Assembly (NCBI GenBank): GCA_027036355.1
Contig: JALVQZ010000250.1
Coordinates: 3,596 to 67,595, forward strand
Length of the DNA: 64,000 nt
Source of the DNA: Acidimicrobiia bacterium
GTDB lineage: Bacteria > Actinomycetota > Acidimicrobiia > Spongiisociales > UBA5794
Direction: 5' to 3'
Part shown: positions 48,938 through 59,144 of the stretch, one piece after another
Layout: each line of letters begins with the position of its first letter
Numbering within the stretch: position 1 is the stretch's first letter
The notes under the pieces: model-generated
What the model was told of the DNA's origin: nothing
The model's input: the letters and a program-made list of their open reading frames with translations, nothing else
Database searches by the model: none
Position numbers and translations under genes: made by a program

Positions 48938-51817
48938 ATGACGGACGCGCCGACCTCCGAGGGGGTGTGGTTCGGCGTCCTGGGGGACCTGCGCATCCGC
49001 GGGACCCGCGGCGATGTCACGCTGACACGGCCGGGGTACCGGCGCACGCTCGCCTGGCTGCTCCTCGACGCACCCCGCCGTGTCGAGTACGACGAGCTCA
49101 TCGACCGCCTGTGGCCCGACGAGGTCCCACCGACGGCGCGCAACACGCTCCAGCACTACGTCTCGGCTCTCCGGCGTGCCCTCGGCAAGGACCGGATCGT
49201 CACGGTCGGCGGCGGGTACGAGTTGCAACTCACCGACGCCGTGCTCGACGCACGCGAGTTCGACGTGCTCGTCGACCTCGCGCACCGGGCGTCGCGCGAC
49301 GGGTACGTCGAGCGTGCCGTGTCCCTCGCAGACAGCGCACTCGAGATGTGGAGGGGCAGGCCGTACCAGGATGTGTCCGGGAGCGACGCCGCCCTTCCCG
49401 AGATCCGGCGGCTCACCCGTTCGAGACAGGAGATCGAGGAGGTACGGCTAGCGTCCCTCATCGACATGGGCCGGCCCCAGCTCGCGGTCCCCGAGCTCGA
49501 GGCGATCACCCACGCCGAGCCGCTGCGGGAGCGGCCCTGGGAACTGCTGATGATGGCCAGGTACCGCAGCGGTGAACAGGCCGAGGCGCTCAGAGCGTTC
49601 CACACAGCCCGTGCACAGCTCGCCGAGCAGGTGGGTCTCGAGCCGGGCCCCGGGCTCGTGCGCCTCGAACGTCAGATTCTCCGCCACGACCCGACGCTCG
49701 TGGAGGTGACCGTTCCGAGGAGGACGAACCTCCCTCCCCCCGAGTGCGAGCTGCTGGGACGCTCGGAGGAGCTGGCGACCCTCGCCGAGCTCGCGACCCG
49801 CGGACCGGTCGTGACGTTGACCGGACCACCGGGGATGGGCAAGACGCACCTGGCGATCGAGACCGCCAGATCGATGGTGGATGTGCACGAGGACGGCGTC
49901 TGGATGGTGTCGCTGCGCGCAGAGACCACGATGCAGGAGGTCACCCGGGCGTTCTCCACCGGTGTCGGCGTGGACACCGGGGCCGATCTCGAGAAGCTCA
50001 CGACCCACCTCCGCCATCTCGATGCGCTCATCGTCATCGACAACGCCGAGCATGTGACCGCCGAGTGTCGCCGGGTGATCGCCGAAGCACTCAAGGGCTC
50101 CCACGCGTTGCGGTTCCTCGTGACCAGCCGCGTGCCGATCGGCGTGTCGGGTGAGACAATCTGGCGGCTGCGGGGCCTCGAGACCGACACGGTGGAGGCC
50201 GGCACGCTCAGTCCCGCCGCAGAGCTCCTCACCTGGCGGATCCAGATGGTGGAGTCCTCGTTCCGGGTGACACGCGCCAACGTTGACAAGCTCAACGCGA
50301 TCGCTTCACGGGCCGACGGCGTGCCCCTCGCCATGGTCCTGATGGCGTCGTGGCTCCCCGCGGTCGGCCTCGACGACGTGGTCGACCTGATGTCGTCACA
50401 GCAGGGCGCACCGGGAGCCGCCACCCTCGACAACGCCCTCAAGTGGAGCTACCGCTTGCTGTCGCCCGAGGACGTCGATCGTTTCAACAGCCTCGCGGTG
50501 TTCGTCGCGTCGTTCGATCTCGACGCCGCCCACGGGGTTGCAGGGCCGGAGCTGGACCGCCGGGCGATGATCGGTGTGATGGCCCGTCTCGTCGAGGCGT
50601 CCCTGCTCGAGACCCTGCGCGCACCCGACGGCTCCCTGCGCTACCGGATGCTGCTACCCATACGGGACCACGCCGTGTCGCTGCTGGAGGGATCCGGGCA
50701 CCTCGAACGGGTCCACGCAGCGTACATCGCGGTGTTCCACGCCCGGGCACGGGAGTTCACGGCCGAGGGCTCGAGCACGGCGGGCCTGGTGCTGTGGCCG
50801 GTCGACCAGGACATCGCCGAGTACCGGGAAGTGATGCGTCTGGCGCTCACCCTCCGGGAGCCCGACGTCACCGCCGACATCGCGTCCGGGCTCACCGAGT
50901 ACTGGTTCGCCCGGTTCCTCGCCTCCGAGGCACGGACCTGGCTCGCGCGCGCAGCACAGCTGTCCTCCCGGCCGCCCACGGCGTTCCACTCGTGGGCGGC
51001 CGGGTTCCTCGCCTACCTCGACGACGACCGGGACGCGGCGCGGCGCCACTTCCGGGCGAGCCTCGACGCAGCCTCCTCCGACGGGGACGACCCGATGCGG
51101 GCACGGGCCCTGTTCGGCCTCGGCCGACTCGAGCTCTTCCACGCCGAGGGCACCCTCGGTGCCGAACATATCGAAGAGGCGATCGCGATCTGGGCCGACG
51201 ACCCATGCACCCTCCGGCTGCGCACCGAAGCACATCTGCTACTCGGCATGCGGGCGACGAGGCTCGGGGCCACCACCGATCCCCATCTCACGGCGGCCGC
51301 GTCGCTGCTCGACACCGTCGACGACGCCAGCCTGCAATCCTCGCTGCTCCGCTACCGGTCGCTGTCGGCGTGGAACCGTGGCGAGTTCGGGGCCGCAGCC
51401 GCACTCGCCGCCGACGCCGTCGCCGCGGCGCGCCGTGCCGACGACGCACCCAAGCTCTGCGGCGCCCTGACGCAGCTGTCGTTCTCGCTCACCGGCAACG
51501 GCGAGCCCGCCGAGGCAGCCCGGGTGATGCTCGAGGCACTCGACGTCGTCGAGGGTCGCAGCCTCGCCGACGTCGCGCAGGTGCTCTCGGGTGCGGTCGG
51601 GCTGATGCTCGACGGTGGCCATCACAGCGAGGCGGCCGAGGTGCTCGCCCTCCTCGACGAGCAGTACGAGCTCGCCGGGATGGGCCCGGTCGACACCGAC
51701 CTGGCTGTGGTCGGCGAGTGGCGCAGCCGGCTCGCGGGGATCGAGCCGCCGGACCGGCCTGCTGCAGACACCATCGAGGCGGCTCGCCGGGTGCTGGTCG
51801 ACACCGCGGGCACCTGA
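48938..51817 (+). CDS. SARP/AfsR-family regulator (OmpR-type wHTH + BTAD + NB-ARC/P-loop ATPase + TPR-like C-terminus)
   Basis: 959 aa. The N-terminal wHTH and BTAD (RAFHTARAQLAEQVGLEPGPGL...LERQIL) are followed by the P-loop LTGPPGMGKTHLA and a long helical-repeat C-terminus. Confidence 0.8.
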   Translation: MTDAPTSEGVWFGVLGDLRIRGTRGDVTLTRPGYRRTLAWLLLDAPRRVEYDELIDRLWPDEVPPTARNTLQHYVSALRRALGKDRIVTVGGGYELQLTDAVLDAREFDVLVDLAHRASRDGYVERAVSLADSALEMWRGRPYQDVSGSDAALPEIRRLTRSRQEIEEVRLASLIDMGRPQLAVPELEAITHAEPLRERPWELLMMARYRSGEQAEALRAFHTARAQLAEQVGLEPGPGLVRLERQILRHDPTLVEVTVPRRTNLPPPECELLGRSEELATLAELATRGPVVTLTGPPGMGKTHLAIETARSMVDVHEDGVWMVSLRAETTMQEVTRAFSTGVGVDTGADLEKLTTHLRHLDALIVIDNAEHVTAECRRVIAEALKGSHALRFLVTSRVPIGVSGETIWRLRGLETDTVEAGTLSPAAELLTWRIQMVESSFRVTRANVDKLNAIASRADGVPLAMVLMASWLPAVGLDDVVDLMSSQQGAPGAATLDNALKWSYRLLSPEDVDRFNSLAVFVASFDLDAAHGVAGPELDRRAMIGVMARLVEASLLETLRAPDGSLRYRMLLPIRDHAVSLLEGSGHLERVHAAYIAVFHARAREFTAEGSSTAGLVLWPVDQDIAEYREVMRLALTLREPDVTADIASGLTEYWFARFLASEARTWLARAAQLSSRPPTAFHSWAAGFLAYLDDDRDAARRHFRASLDAASSDGDDPMRARALFGLGRLELFHAEGTLGAEHIEEAIAIWADDPCTLRLRTEAHLLLGMRATRLGATTDPHLTAAASLLDTVDDASLQSSLLRYRSLSAWNRGEFGAAAALAADAVAAARRADDAPKLCGALTQLSFSLTGNGEPAEAARVMLEALDVVEGRSLADVAQVLSGAVGLMLDGGHHSEAAEVLALLDEQYELAGMGPVDTDLAVVGEWRSRLAGIEPPDRPAADTIEAARRVLVDTAGT

Positions 51818-51863
51818 CCACCCACCCGGCACCCCGGCGCTCGGGTCGCCCGCGGAGCTCCCG

Positions 51864-52185
51864 TCTAGGTGTACTCGGCCATCAGGTTGGTGTCACTCGG
51901 CTGATGGGCGGGCGACGTCCGAGGGAGGAGTGTCTCCGTCGGTGGTTGTAGTGCTCGAGCCATGATGGCAGAGCGTTGGTGCGTTCGTCGTTGCTTGTGA
52001 AGACCTGCCGGTAGGCCCATTCGGTTTGCAGGGTCCGGTTGAAGCGTTCGACCTTGCCGTTCTGCCAGGGGCAGTGGGGCCGTATCGTGACGTGTCGGGC
52101 CCCGATCGCGTCCAGTGCGTCGGTGAACGCCCGGCTCTTGGTATAGGACCAGTGGTTGTCGGTGTCCCGATTCAGGTGAAACGCT
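51864..52185 (-). mobile_element. IS481-family transposase 3' fragment (integrase-core C-terminus)
   Basis: The reverse-strand translation ...HVTIRPHCPWQNGKVERFNRTLQTEWAYRQVFTSNDERTNALPSWLEHYNHRRRHSSLGRRPPISRV matches the rve-domain C-terminus of IS481-type transposases. The N-terminal two-thirds is absent. Confidence 0.6.
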
Positions 52186-52680
52186 CAGCGATCGGCGCAC
52201 TTGTCGAGCGCACCACGCGATTCACGATGTTCATTCATCTGCCACGCGAGGACGGATACGGCAAGGTCCCCCGCACGAAGAACGGACCGGCCTTGGCCGG
52301 CTACGGCGCCATCACCATGAAGAACCGACTCGCCGAGTCGATGACCACCCTGCCCGACCAGCTCCGCCGATCCCTCACATGGGACCGAGGTAAGGAACTC
52401 TCCGCCCACGCCCAGTTCACTGTCGAGACCGATATCCAGTCTTCTTCGCCGACCCGAAAAGCCCCTGGCAGCGCGGCACCAACGAGAACACCAACGGACT
52501 GCTCCGCCAATACTTCCCCAAGGGCACCGACCTCTCCCGCTGGGACGCCGAAGAGATCGAAGCCGTCGCCGCCACCATCAACTCGCGTCCACGCAAGATC
52601 CTCGGCTGGCGAACACCCGCCGAAGCCCTCGACGAGCATCGACGATCCCTCCAACAACCCGGTGTTGCGACCACCGATTG
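52186..52680 (+). mobile_element. IS30-family transposase C-terminal fragment with internal frameshift near 52435
   Basis: ...RSAIGALVERTTRFTMFIHLPREDGYGKVPRTKNGPALAGYGAITMKNRLAESMTTLPDQLRRSLTWDRGKELSAHAQFTVETDIQ. After a 1-nt frame change this continues VFFADPKSPWQRGTNENTNGLLRQYFPKGTDLSRWDAEEIEAVAATINSRPRKILGWRTPAEALDEH. It abuts the IS481 fragment at about 52185. Confidence 0.6.
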
Positions 52681-52762
52681 AATCCGCCCACAACCCCAGG
52701 ATCCATGTGCTAGGCATGTGGGGAGCTATCGCCTCGGTGGAGGCGCAGAAGGAGACACACGT

Positions 52763-54538
52763 ATGCAGCGCTCTCGAAGGAGATCCATGGGGCGGTTCAC
52801 GACCCTGCTCGTCGCCGTCCTCATCGCCGGGCTCGCCGCTCCCGTCGCGGCCGGCGCGAGCAGATCGGACGATCGAGACGAACGACCCGATCACGGAAGG
52901 GAAGAACGCGAACACGACATCGTCGACCTGCGGTTCCTGACCTTCTCGGACTGGCACGGTCAGATCGATCCCCTGTTCGTGTTCGGTCAAGGGACCTTCG
53001 GGGGGGCCGCCGAACTGTCGGCCTACTTCCGCGCCGAGGAGGCGGACAACCCGAACACCCTGATCTTCACCGCAGGGGACGCCTACGGGGCTTCGCCGCC
53101 GTTGTCGAGCTTCTTCGGTGAGGAACCCGCGGTGCGTTCCATGCGCATGATGGGCGTCGACGCCGACGGCCTCGGCAACCACAACTTCGACCGTGGCATC
53201 GCCCCCTTGCAAGGGCTCATCGACATCGCACGGAGCCGCAGCGCCAACGAGCCGGGTGACCCCTTCGTGTACGTCTCGGCCAACCTCAAGAACCGTAGGA
53301 ACCAGCTCAAGCACGTCAAGGACTACAAGATCTTCGAGATCGACGACGTCAAGGTGGCGGTCATCGGGGTCATCAACCCGGAAGCGCCGACGCTCGTGTT
53401 CCCCGGATCGTTCGGCGACCTCCGGATCACCGACCCGGTGAAGGCCGCGAACCGGGCTCGCCGGGAAGCCAAGCGGCGCGGCGCGGACGTGTTCGTCCTC
53501 CTCGCCCACATGGGTGTCACCGACTTCGATGCCTCCGGCGCTCCGATGGGACCGCTCGTCGACCTCGCCAACGGCGTGCGGGGCTTCGACGTGATCGTCG
53601 GCGATCACACGAACGTCGAGTTCGCCGGTGAGATCAACGGCGCGTTGGTGGTCGAGAACCGGAGCAAGGGGCGCACCTACGCCAGGGTGGACGTCCAGGT
53701 CGAGGAGCGGCGCAAGCACCGTTTCCGTGTCACCGACCGGTCGGCGGCCTTCGTGGAGCCGGTCAGCTCCGCCGTGACCCCCGACCCCGACATCGTGTCG
53801 TTCCTCGAGCCGCTGCGAGCCCAGCTCAACGCGATCTTGGGGACCGTGATCGGGCAGTCGACCGTCTTCATCCCCAGGGCCGACGAGTGCGGGCAGTCCT
53901 CCGGCCGAACCTGCGAGTCGCTGGTCGGCGACGTCGTGACCGACGCCCTGCGCGACCGCTACGGCACGGACTTCGCCATCACCAACTCGGGAGGCCTGCG
54001 GGCCGACCTGACATGTCCGACGACCGACGACCCGAACGATCTGTGCCCCGCTCCCGATGGCGGCGACTTCGAGATCACCGCAGGTCAGGTGCTCACCGTC
54101 CTGCCGTTCGGCAACTCGGCGGTCACCTTGTCGGTGACGGGCGACGAACTGAAGCAGCACCTCGAGCAGGGTGTCTCGGCCATGCCGGGCGTGTCGGGAC
54201 GGTTCGCCCAGGTGTCGGGCCTGTGCTTCACCTACGACATCGACGCCCCCGTCGGGAGCCGGGTGCTCTCTGCGGTGTTCCAGAACGCCGACGGGACGTG
54301 CTCGGCCACGGCGGTCGATCTGACGGCGGCGAGCACCTACACCCTGGCCGAGAACGACTTCATGGCCAGCGGCGGCGACGGGTACCCGAACCTCATCTCG
54401 AGGGCCGTGACCCGGGACCTGCTCGACCAGGTCGTCTCCGACTACATCGCAGCGAACACGCCGATCACCCCCACCATCGACGGGCGGATCACCTGCACCG
54501 CGTCGGCAGGGGGAACCTGCCCGGCGCCGCTGCCCTAG
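52763..54538 (+). CDS. Bifunctional metallophosphatase / 5'-nucleotidase (UshA-like), secreted
   Basis: ATG 52763 follows gaaggagaca. Signal peptide, calcineurin-like metallophosphoesterase motifs (DWHGQ, GNHNFD) and a 5'-nucleotidase C-terminal domain. Confidence 0.8.
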   Translation: MQRSRRRSMGRFTTLLVAVLIAGLAAPVAAGASRSDDRDERPDHGREEREHDIVDLRFLTFSDWHGQIDPLFVFGQGTFGGAAELSAYFRAEEADNPNTLIFTAGDAYGASPPLSSFFGEEPAVRSMRMMGVDADGLGNHNFDRGIAPLQGLIDIARSRSANEPGDPFVYVSANLKNRRNQLKHVKDYKIFEIDDVKVAVIGVINPEAPTLVFPGSFGDLRITDPVKAANRARREAKRRGADVFVLLAHMGVTDFDASGAPMGPLVDLANGVRGFDVIVGDHTNVEFAGEINGALVVENRSKGRTYARVDVQVEERRKHRFRVTDRSAAFVEPVSSAVTPDPDIVSFLEPLRAQLNAILGTVIGQSTVFIPRADECGQSSGRTCESLVGDVVTDALRDRYGTDFAITNSGGLRADLTCPTTDDPNDLCPAPDGGDFEITAGQVLTVLPFGNSAVTLSVTGDELKQHLEQGVSAMPGVSGRFAQVSGLCFTYDIDAPVGSRVLSAVFQNADGTCSATAVDLTAASTYTLAENDFMASGGDGYPNLISRAVTRDLLDQVVSDYIAANTPITPTIDGRITCTASAGGTCPAPLP

Positions 54539-54547
54539 CCACCGGAG

Positions 54548-54587
54548 GGGCGTTCGTCGCGACGCGCTCGCGTCGCGACGAACGCCC
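54548..54587. terminator. Long GC hairpin between convergent 5'-nucleotidase and gamma-CA genes
   Basis: GGGCGTTCGTCGCGACGCG..CGCGTCGCGACGAACGCCC is an inverted repeat read directly from the sequence. Confidence 0.45.
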
Positions 54588-54592
54588 TGCCG

Positions 54593-55105
54593 TCATCCCG
54601 AGGCCAGGTTCCGGTACGTCGCCGCGAAGCGGAGGTACGTATCGACGCCGTCGTCCTGACGGGCGATCTCGGCCTCGGTGAGGTCCCGCAGCGGTCTGGC
54701 GGGGATCCCGACCCCCAGCGTCCACGGTGGGATCTCCTTGCCTTCGGGGAGGATCGAACCGGCCGCCAGCCAGGCCCCTTCGCCGACCCGCGAGCCGCTC
54801 AGCACGATGGCGCCGATGCCGATGAGGCAGCGATCGCCGACGGTGGCGCCGTGAACGATCGCGCCATGACCGACGGTCACCCGCCGCCCGATGGTGCACG
54901 GCACGCCCTCGTCGGCGTGGAACACGGCGTTGTCCTGGAGGTTCGTCTCGTCGCCGACCGAGATCGGGGCGAGCTCGGCCCGCATGACCACCCCGAACAT
55001 GATCACGGCCAGGCGGCCGATCTCGACGTCCCCGTAGATACGGGCGGTCGGCGCGACGAACGCCGTCGGATCGATGGTGGCGGCAGGGAGGTCCATGGGT
55101 TCCAT
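54593..55105 (-). CDS. Gamma-class carbonic anhydrase / hexapeptide-repeat (LbH) family protein
   Basis: Left-handed beta-helix hexapeptide repeats with His ligands (VGHGAIVHGATVGD). Confidence 0.75.
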   Translation of the reverse strand: MEPMDLPAATIDPTAFVAPTARIYGDVEIGRLAVIMFGVVMRAELAPISVGDETNLQDNAVFHADEGVPCTIGRRVTVGHGAIVHGATVGDRCLIGIGAIVLSGSRVGEGAWLAAGSILPEGKEIPPWTLGVGIPARPLRDLTEAEIARQDDGVDTYLRFAATYRNLASG

Positions 55106-55168
55106 GGGCGGTCACCGTAGCGCACGGAGGCGACGGGCCCGCGGCTCTCTCGGCGGTACGCTGGTGCG

Positions 55169-57910
55169 ATGGACATCGACCGGATCGACGGCGCGTTCCG
55201 CGAGGCGGACGAGTCGCTCAGGACCGACATCCGTCGCGTGGGGAACCAGCTCGGCGAGGCGCTCGTCCGTCAGCATGGCGCCGGGTTGCTGGAACGCGTC
55301 GAGGCGGTGCGAGCCATGGCCAAGCGCGCTCGCGGTGGCGACACGGCCGCGGGCGACGAGCTCCGTGCGCTCGTCGAGGCCATGCCGGTGGGGGACACGA
55401 TCCCGCTCGTGCGCGCCTTCACGACCTACTTCCACCTCGCCAACGCCGTCGAGCAGGTCCATCGGGTCGGGGATCTGGCTGCCGAGTCCCATGTCCCGCC
55501 GATGGTCGATGCGGTCGATCGCATCGCCGCCGCCGAGGTACCCGTGGAACTGGTCGAGAGGGTCCTGTCCGAGCTCGAACTCCGCCCGGTGCTCACGGCG
55601 CATCCGACCGAGGCGGCTCGCCGGACGTTGCAGGTGAAGCTGCGGATCATCGCCGAGCTGCTCGACGATCGGCTCGATCCCCGGATCACGCCCTTGGAGA
55701 TCGACCGGATCGACCGCCGGATCGCCGAGCTGATCGACGAGATCTGGGAGACCGACGAGCTCCGGGTCGAGAAGCCCACCCCCGTCGACGAGGCTCGATC
55801 GATGATCTTCTACCTCGATCAGCTCCATCGCGCCGTCATGGGCGACCTCGCCGAGGAACTGGACCTCCAGCTCGGTCGTCTCGTCCCTGGCTCCACCGAA
55901 CGCGTCGCCATCCGGTTCGGCACCTGGGTGGGCGGGGACCGTGACGGCAATCCGGCCGTCACCCCGGAGGTCACCCTCGACGTCCTCCGCCTCCAGCATC
56001 AGCACGGGATCCGCGACCTCATCGAGGATGTCGAGTCCCTTGCCGAAGAGCTGTCGGTGTCGGAGCGGATCTGGCCGGTGTCCGACGAGCTCGTGGCGTC
56101 CCTGGACCGCGACCGGGATCTGTTGCCCGACACGTGGCGACGGTTCCGGTCGCTCAACGCGTACGAGCCGTATCGCCTCAAGCTCGCCTACGTCCATCGC
56201 CGGCTCCACGCCACCTCCGAGCGGATCCTCGAAGGCAGCGTCCACGTCCCCGGCGTCGACTACGCCGGACCCGAGGAGCTGCTGGCCGAGCTCCGCATCG
56301 TGCAGCGATCCCTCGATCAGCACGCCGGCGGGCTGATGGCCCACGGCTCGGTGGCGCGCCTGATCAGGAAGGTGGAGACGTTCGGGTTCCATCTCGCCAC
56401 GATGGACGTGCGCGCCCACGCCGAGCGGCACCACGAGACCCTCGCGGTGCTGTACCGCAGGATCGGGATCGACTACGGGGACCTCGATGCCGGTCGACGA
56501 GCGGAGCTGCTGGGCCGGGATCTCGACGGAGGCCGACCGATCGCTCCCGCCGACGCCGTCGGCCCGACCTTGGGCGACACCTTCGGCACGTTCGTGGCGA
56601 TCCGCGAGGCCCTCGACGCGTACGGCCCGCGGGTCATCGAGTCCTACATCGTGTCGATGACCCGCGACGTCGACGACATCTTGGCGGCGGTGGCCCTGGC
56701 CAGGGAGGCCGGCCTCGTCGACATCCCCGGCGGCGTCGCCCGCGTCGGGTTCGTTCCGCTCCTCGAGACCATCGAGGAGCTGAGGCGAGCCGGCGGGTTC
56801 CTCGACCGTCTCCTGGCGGTGCCGTCGTACCGGCGCCTGGTCGAACTCCGCGGGGACCTGCAGGAGGTCATGCTCGGCTACTCGGATTCCAACAAGCAAG
56901 GCGGGATCACCACCAGCCAGTGGGAGATCTACAAGGCACAGCGGGAACTGCGCGACGCCGCTGCGCGCCACGGGGTCATCCTGCGCCTGTTCCACGGCCG
57001 CGGAGGGACCGTGGGCCGGGGCGGGGGCCCGACGCACGAGGCGATCCTCGCTCAGCCCTTCGGGACGATCGAGGGCGCCCTCAAGCTGACCGAGCAAGGC
57101 GAGGTCGTCTCCGACAAGTACGGGCTACCCAAGCTGGCGAGCCGCAACCTCGAACTCGCCGTTGCCTCGGTCCTGGAGGCGTCGCTCCTCCACCGCGAGC
57201 CGCGGCAGCCGCCGGAGGTCCTGGCCCGATGGGACGAGGCGATGGATCACATGTCGTCGGCGGCGTACCGAGCGTACCGGCGTCTGGTCGACGATCCCGA
57301 CCTGGTCCCGTACTTCCTCGCTTCGACGCCCGTCGAGGAGCTCGCCGAGATGAACATCGGGTCGCGTCCGTCGCGGCGTCCGGGGGGTGGCGGGGGCCTC
57401 GAGGATCTACGGGCGATCCCGTGGGTGTTCGGGTGGACCCAGTCCCGCCAGATCGTGCCGGGGTGGTTCGGCGTCGGGTCGGGCCTGCACGCGCTGGAAC
57501 GGGCGGGTGAATGGCCCCAGGCGGAGGAGATGCTGCGCGAATGGTCCTTCTTCCGGACGTTCCTGTCGAACGTCGAGATGACGTTGGCCAAGACCGACCT
57601 CGTGATCGCCCGCTCCTACGTGGAGCAGCTCGTTCCTCGGTCGAGGTGGCACGTCTTCGAAGCGATCGAGGAGGAACACGCCCGCACGGTGGCCGCCATC
57701 GGGAAGCTGACGGGCCGCCCGCTGCTCGCCGACAACCCGATCCTGGCGCGGACCCTTCGGGTTCGGGACGCGTACCTCGACCCGATCAACCATCTCCAGG
57801 TGTCGCTGCTGGCCCGGTCGCGCGGCGAGGCCGATCCCGATCCGGAGCTGCGCCGGGCCTTGCTGCTGACCGTCAACGGCATCGCCGCCGGTATGCGGAA
57901 CACGGGATGA
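55169..57910 (+). CDS. ppc: Phosphoenolpyruvate carboxylase
   Basis: 913 aa. VGYSDSNKQGG, FHGRGGTVGRGGGP and the C-terminal ...GMRNTG are PEPC hallmarks. Confidence 0.95.
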   Translation: MDIDRIDGAFREADESLRTDIRRVGNQLGEALVRQHGAGLLERVEAVRAMAKRARGGDTAAGDELRALVEAMPVGDTIPLVRAFTTYFHLANAVEQVHRVGDLAAESHVPPMVDAVDRIAAAEVPVELVERVLSELELRPVLTAHPTEAARRTLQVKLRIIAELLDDRLDPRITPLEIDRIDRRIAELIDEIWETDELRVEKPTPVDEARSMIFYLDQLHRAVMGDLAEELDLQLGRLVPGSTERVAIRFGTWVGGDRDGNPAVTPEVTLDVLRLQHQHGIRDLIEDVESLAEELSVSERIWPVSDELVASLDRDRDLLPDTWRRFRSLNAYEPYRLKLAYVHRRLHATSERILEGSVHVPGVDYAGPEELLAELRIVQRSLDQHAGGLMAHGSVARLIRKVETFGFHLATMDVRAHAERHHETLAVLYRRIGIDYGDLDAGRRAELLGRDLDGGRPIAPADAVGPTLGDTFGTFVAIREALDAYGPRVIESYIVSMTRDVDDILAAVALAREAGLVDIPGGVARVGFVPLLETIEELRRAGGFLDRLLAVPSYRRLVELRGDLQEVMLGYSDSNKQGGITTSQWEIYKAQRELRDAAARHGVILRLFHGRGGTVGRGGGPTHEAILAQPFGTIEGALKLTEQGEVVSDKYGLPKLASRNLELAVASVLEASLLHREPRQPPEVLARWDEAMDHMSSAAYRAYRRLVDDPDLVPYFLASTPVEELAEMNIGSRPSRRPGGGGGLEDLRAIPWVFGWTQSRQIVPGWFGVGSGLHALERAGEWPQAEEMLREWSFFRTFLSNVEMTLAKTDLVIARSYVEQLVPRSRWHVFEAIEEEHARTVAAIGKLTGRPLLADNPILARTLRVRDAYLDPINHLQVSLLARSRGEADPDPELRRALLLTVNGIAAGMRNTG

Positions 57911-58005
57911 GGCGGCGGCGTCGAACGTCGGGAACCCGACGGTTCGGGATGCCGGGGGACCGTCGCGGCTTGACAGCATCGTCACCGAAGTGAGCGGGAG
58001 GGACG

Positions 58006-58824
58006 ATGTCCTCATTGCCGGAACTGCCAGCCGATTGGGAGCCCACACGAGCCACGTTGCACGCGTACGCCAAGGCCGTCGGGGCGCTCCCGCGGGCGTT
58101 CGCCGTGTTCCATCCCAAGTGGTGGCACATCTCCTTGAAGGTGCGTCCCGACGGTCTGGTGACCGAACCGATGCCCCTGCCCGACGGGGCGACGGCGTTC
58201 GTGCGGATGGATCTGCGCTCGCATCGGGCCATCGTGGAGTCGAGCCATGGGGATCGCTTCGAGTTCCCCTTGGACGCGGGGACGACCGCGACCGAGCTGG
58301 GGGATGCCATGGTCGCTGCCGTCGCCGAGCTCGGGCTCGCCGGTGACGTCGATCGCGCGAAGTACGACGACGGCGAGCCGCGGGTCTACGACCCGGCGGC
58401 GGCCTCGGCGTACTTCGATCTCGTCCAGGTCGTCGACACCGTGTTCACCCGGCATCGCAACACCCTCGAGGGCGTCGTCGGTCCGATCCAGTTGTGGCCC
58501 CACGGTTTCGATCTCGCCTTCGAGTGGTTCGGAACCTGCGTGGAGACCTACGAGGAGGACGGCGAGACCACCGAGTACCCGTCGCAGCTCAACCTGGGCT
58601 TCTACCCGGCGGGCGACGCCTACTTCTATTCGAACCCGTGGCCCTTCGAGAAGGACCGGCTCGTGGGCCGCGAGCTGCCCGCTCCGGCCCGGTGGCACAC
58701 CGAAGGATGGGAAGGCACGATGTTGCCGTACGACGAGATCCGGTCGGATCCCGATGCCACCGAGAAGCTCCTCGCCTTCGCCAAGGCGGTCCATGAGATC
58801 GCCGCGCCCACGCTCATGGCCTGA
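58006..58824 (+). CDS. Hypothetical protein (DUF5996-like)
   Basis: 272 aa with protein-like composition. No catalytic motif recognised. Confidence 0.45.
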   Translation: MSSLPELPADWEPTRATLHAYAKAVGALPRAFAVFHPKWWHISLKVRPDGLVTEPMPLPDGATAFVRMDLRSHRAIVESSHGDRFEFPLDAGTTATELGDAMVAAVAELGLAGDVDRAKYDDGEPRVYDPAAASAYFDLVQVVDTVFTRHRNTLEGVVGPIQLWPHGFDLAFEWFGTCVETYEEDGETTEYPSQLNLGFYPAGDAYFYSNPWPFEKDRLVGRELPAPARWHTEGWEGTMLPYDEIRSDPDATEKLLAFAKAVHEIAAPTLMA

Positions 58825-58853
58825 CCCGAACGTGGGGCGGCGCCTCGATGTCC

Positions 58854-59144
58854 TCAGGCCTCGGTTCTGAGTCGCCTGATCTCTTCGGCGATGTCGGCGG
58901 CGGCCTGCTCGAGGTCCCGTTGACGTTCCTCGAGCAGCGCCAGGACGTCGTCGACGTCGGCGGGGTCCCGGTGGCGTTCGCCGCCGCAGCAGTGGCCGCG
59001 GCTCGCCCCTGGTCCCATGTCCCGGCGCATGCGTCCGCCCATGCCTGGTCCCATGTCCCGGCGCATGCGTCGACCCATGCCTCGGCCCATGCCTCGGCGC
59101 AGGCCTCGGCCCGATCGCTCGTCGGTGTGTTCGTGACAGCTCAC
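58854..59144 (-). CDS. Small Gly/Met/Arg-repeat protein with C-terminal coiled coil, translationally coupled to PadR
   Basis: GTG at 59144..59142 overlaps the PadR TGA stop. The product contains RGMGRGMGRRMRRDMGPGMGGRMRRDMGPG repeats, followed by HCCGGERH and a helical DVDDVLALLEERQRDLEQAAADIAEEIRRL tail. Confidence 0.35.
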   Translation of the reverse strand: MSCHEHTDERSGRGLRRGMGRGMGRRMRRDMGPGMGGRMRRDMGPGASRGHCCGGERHRDPADVDDVLALLEERQRDLEQAAADIAEEIRRLRTEA

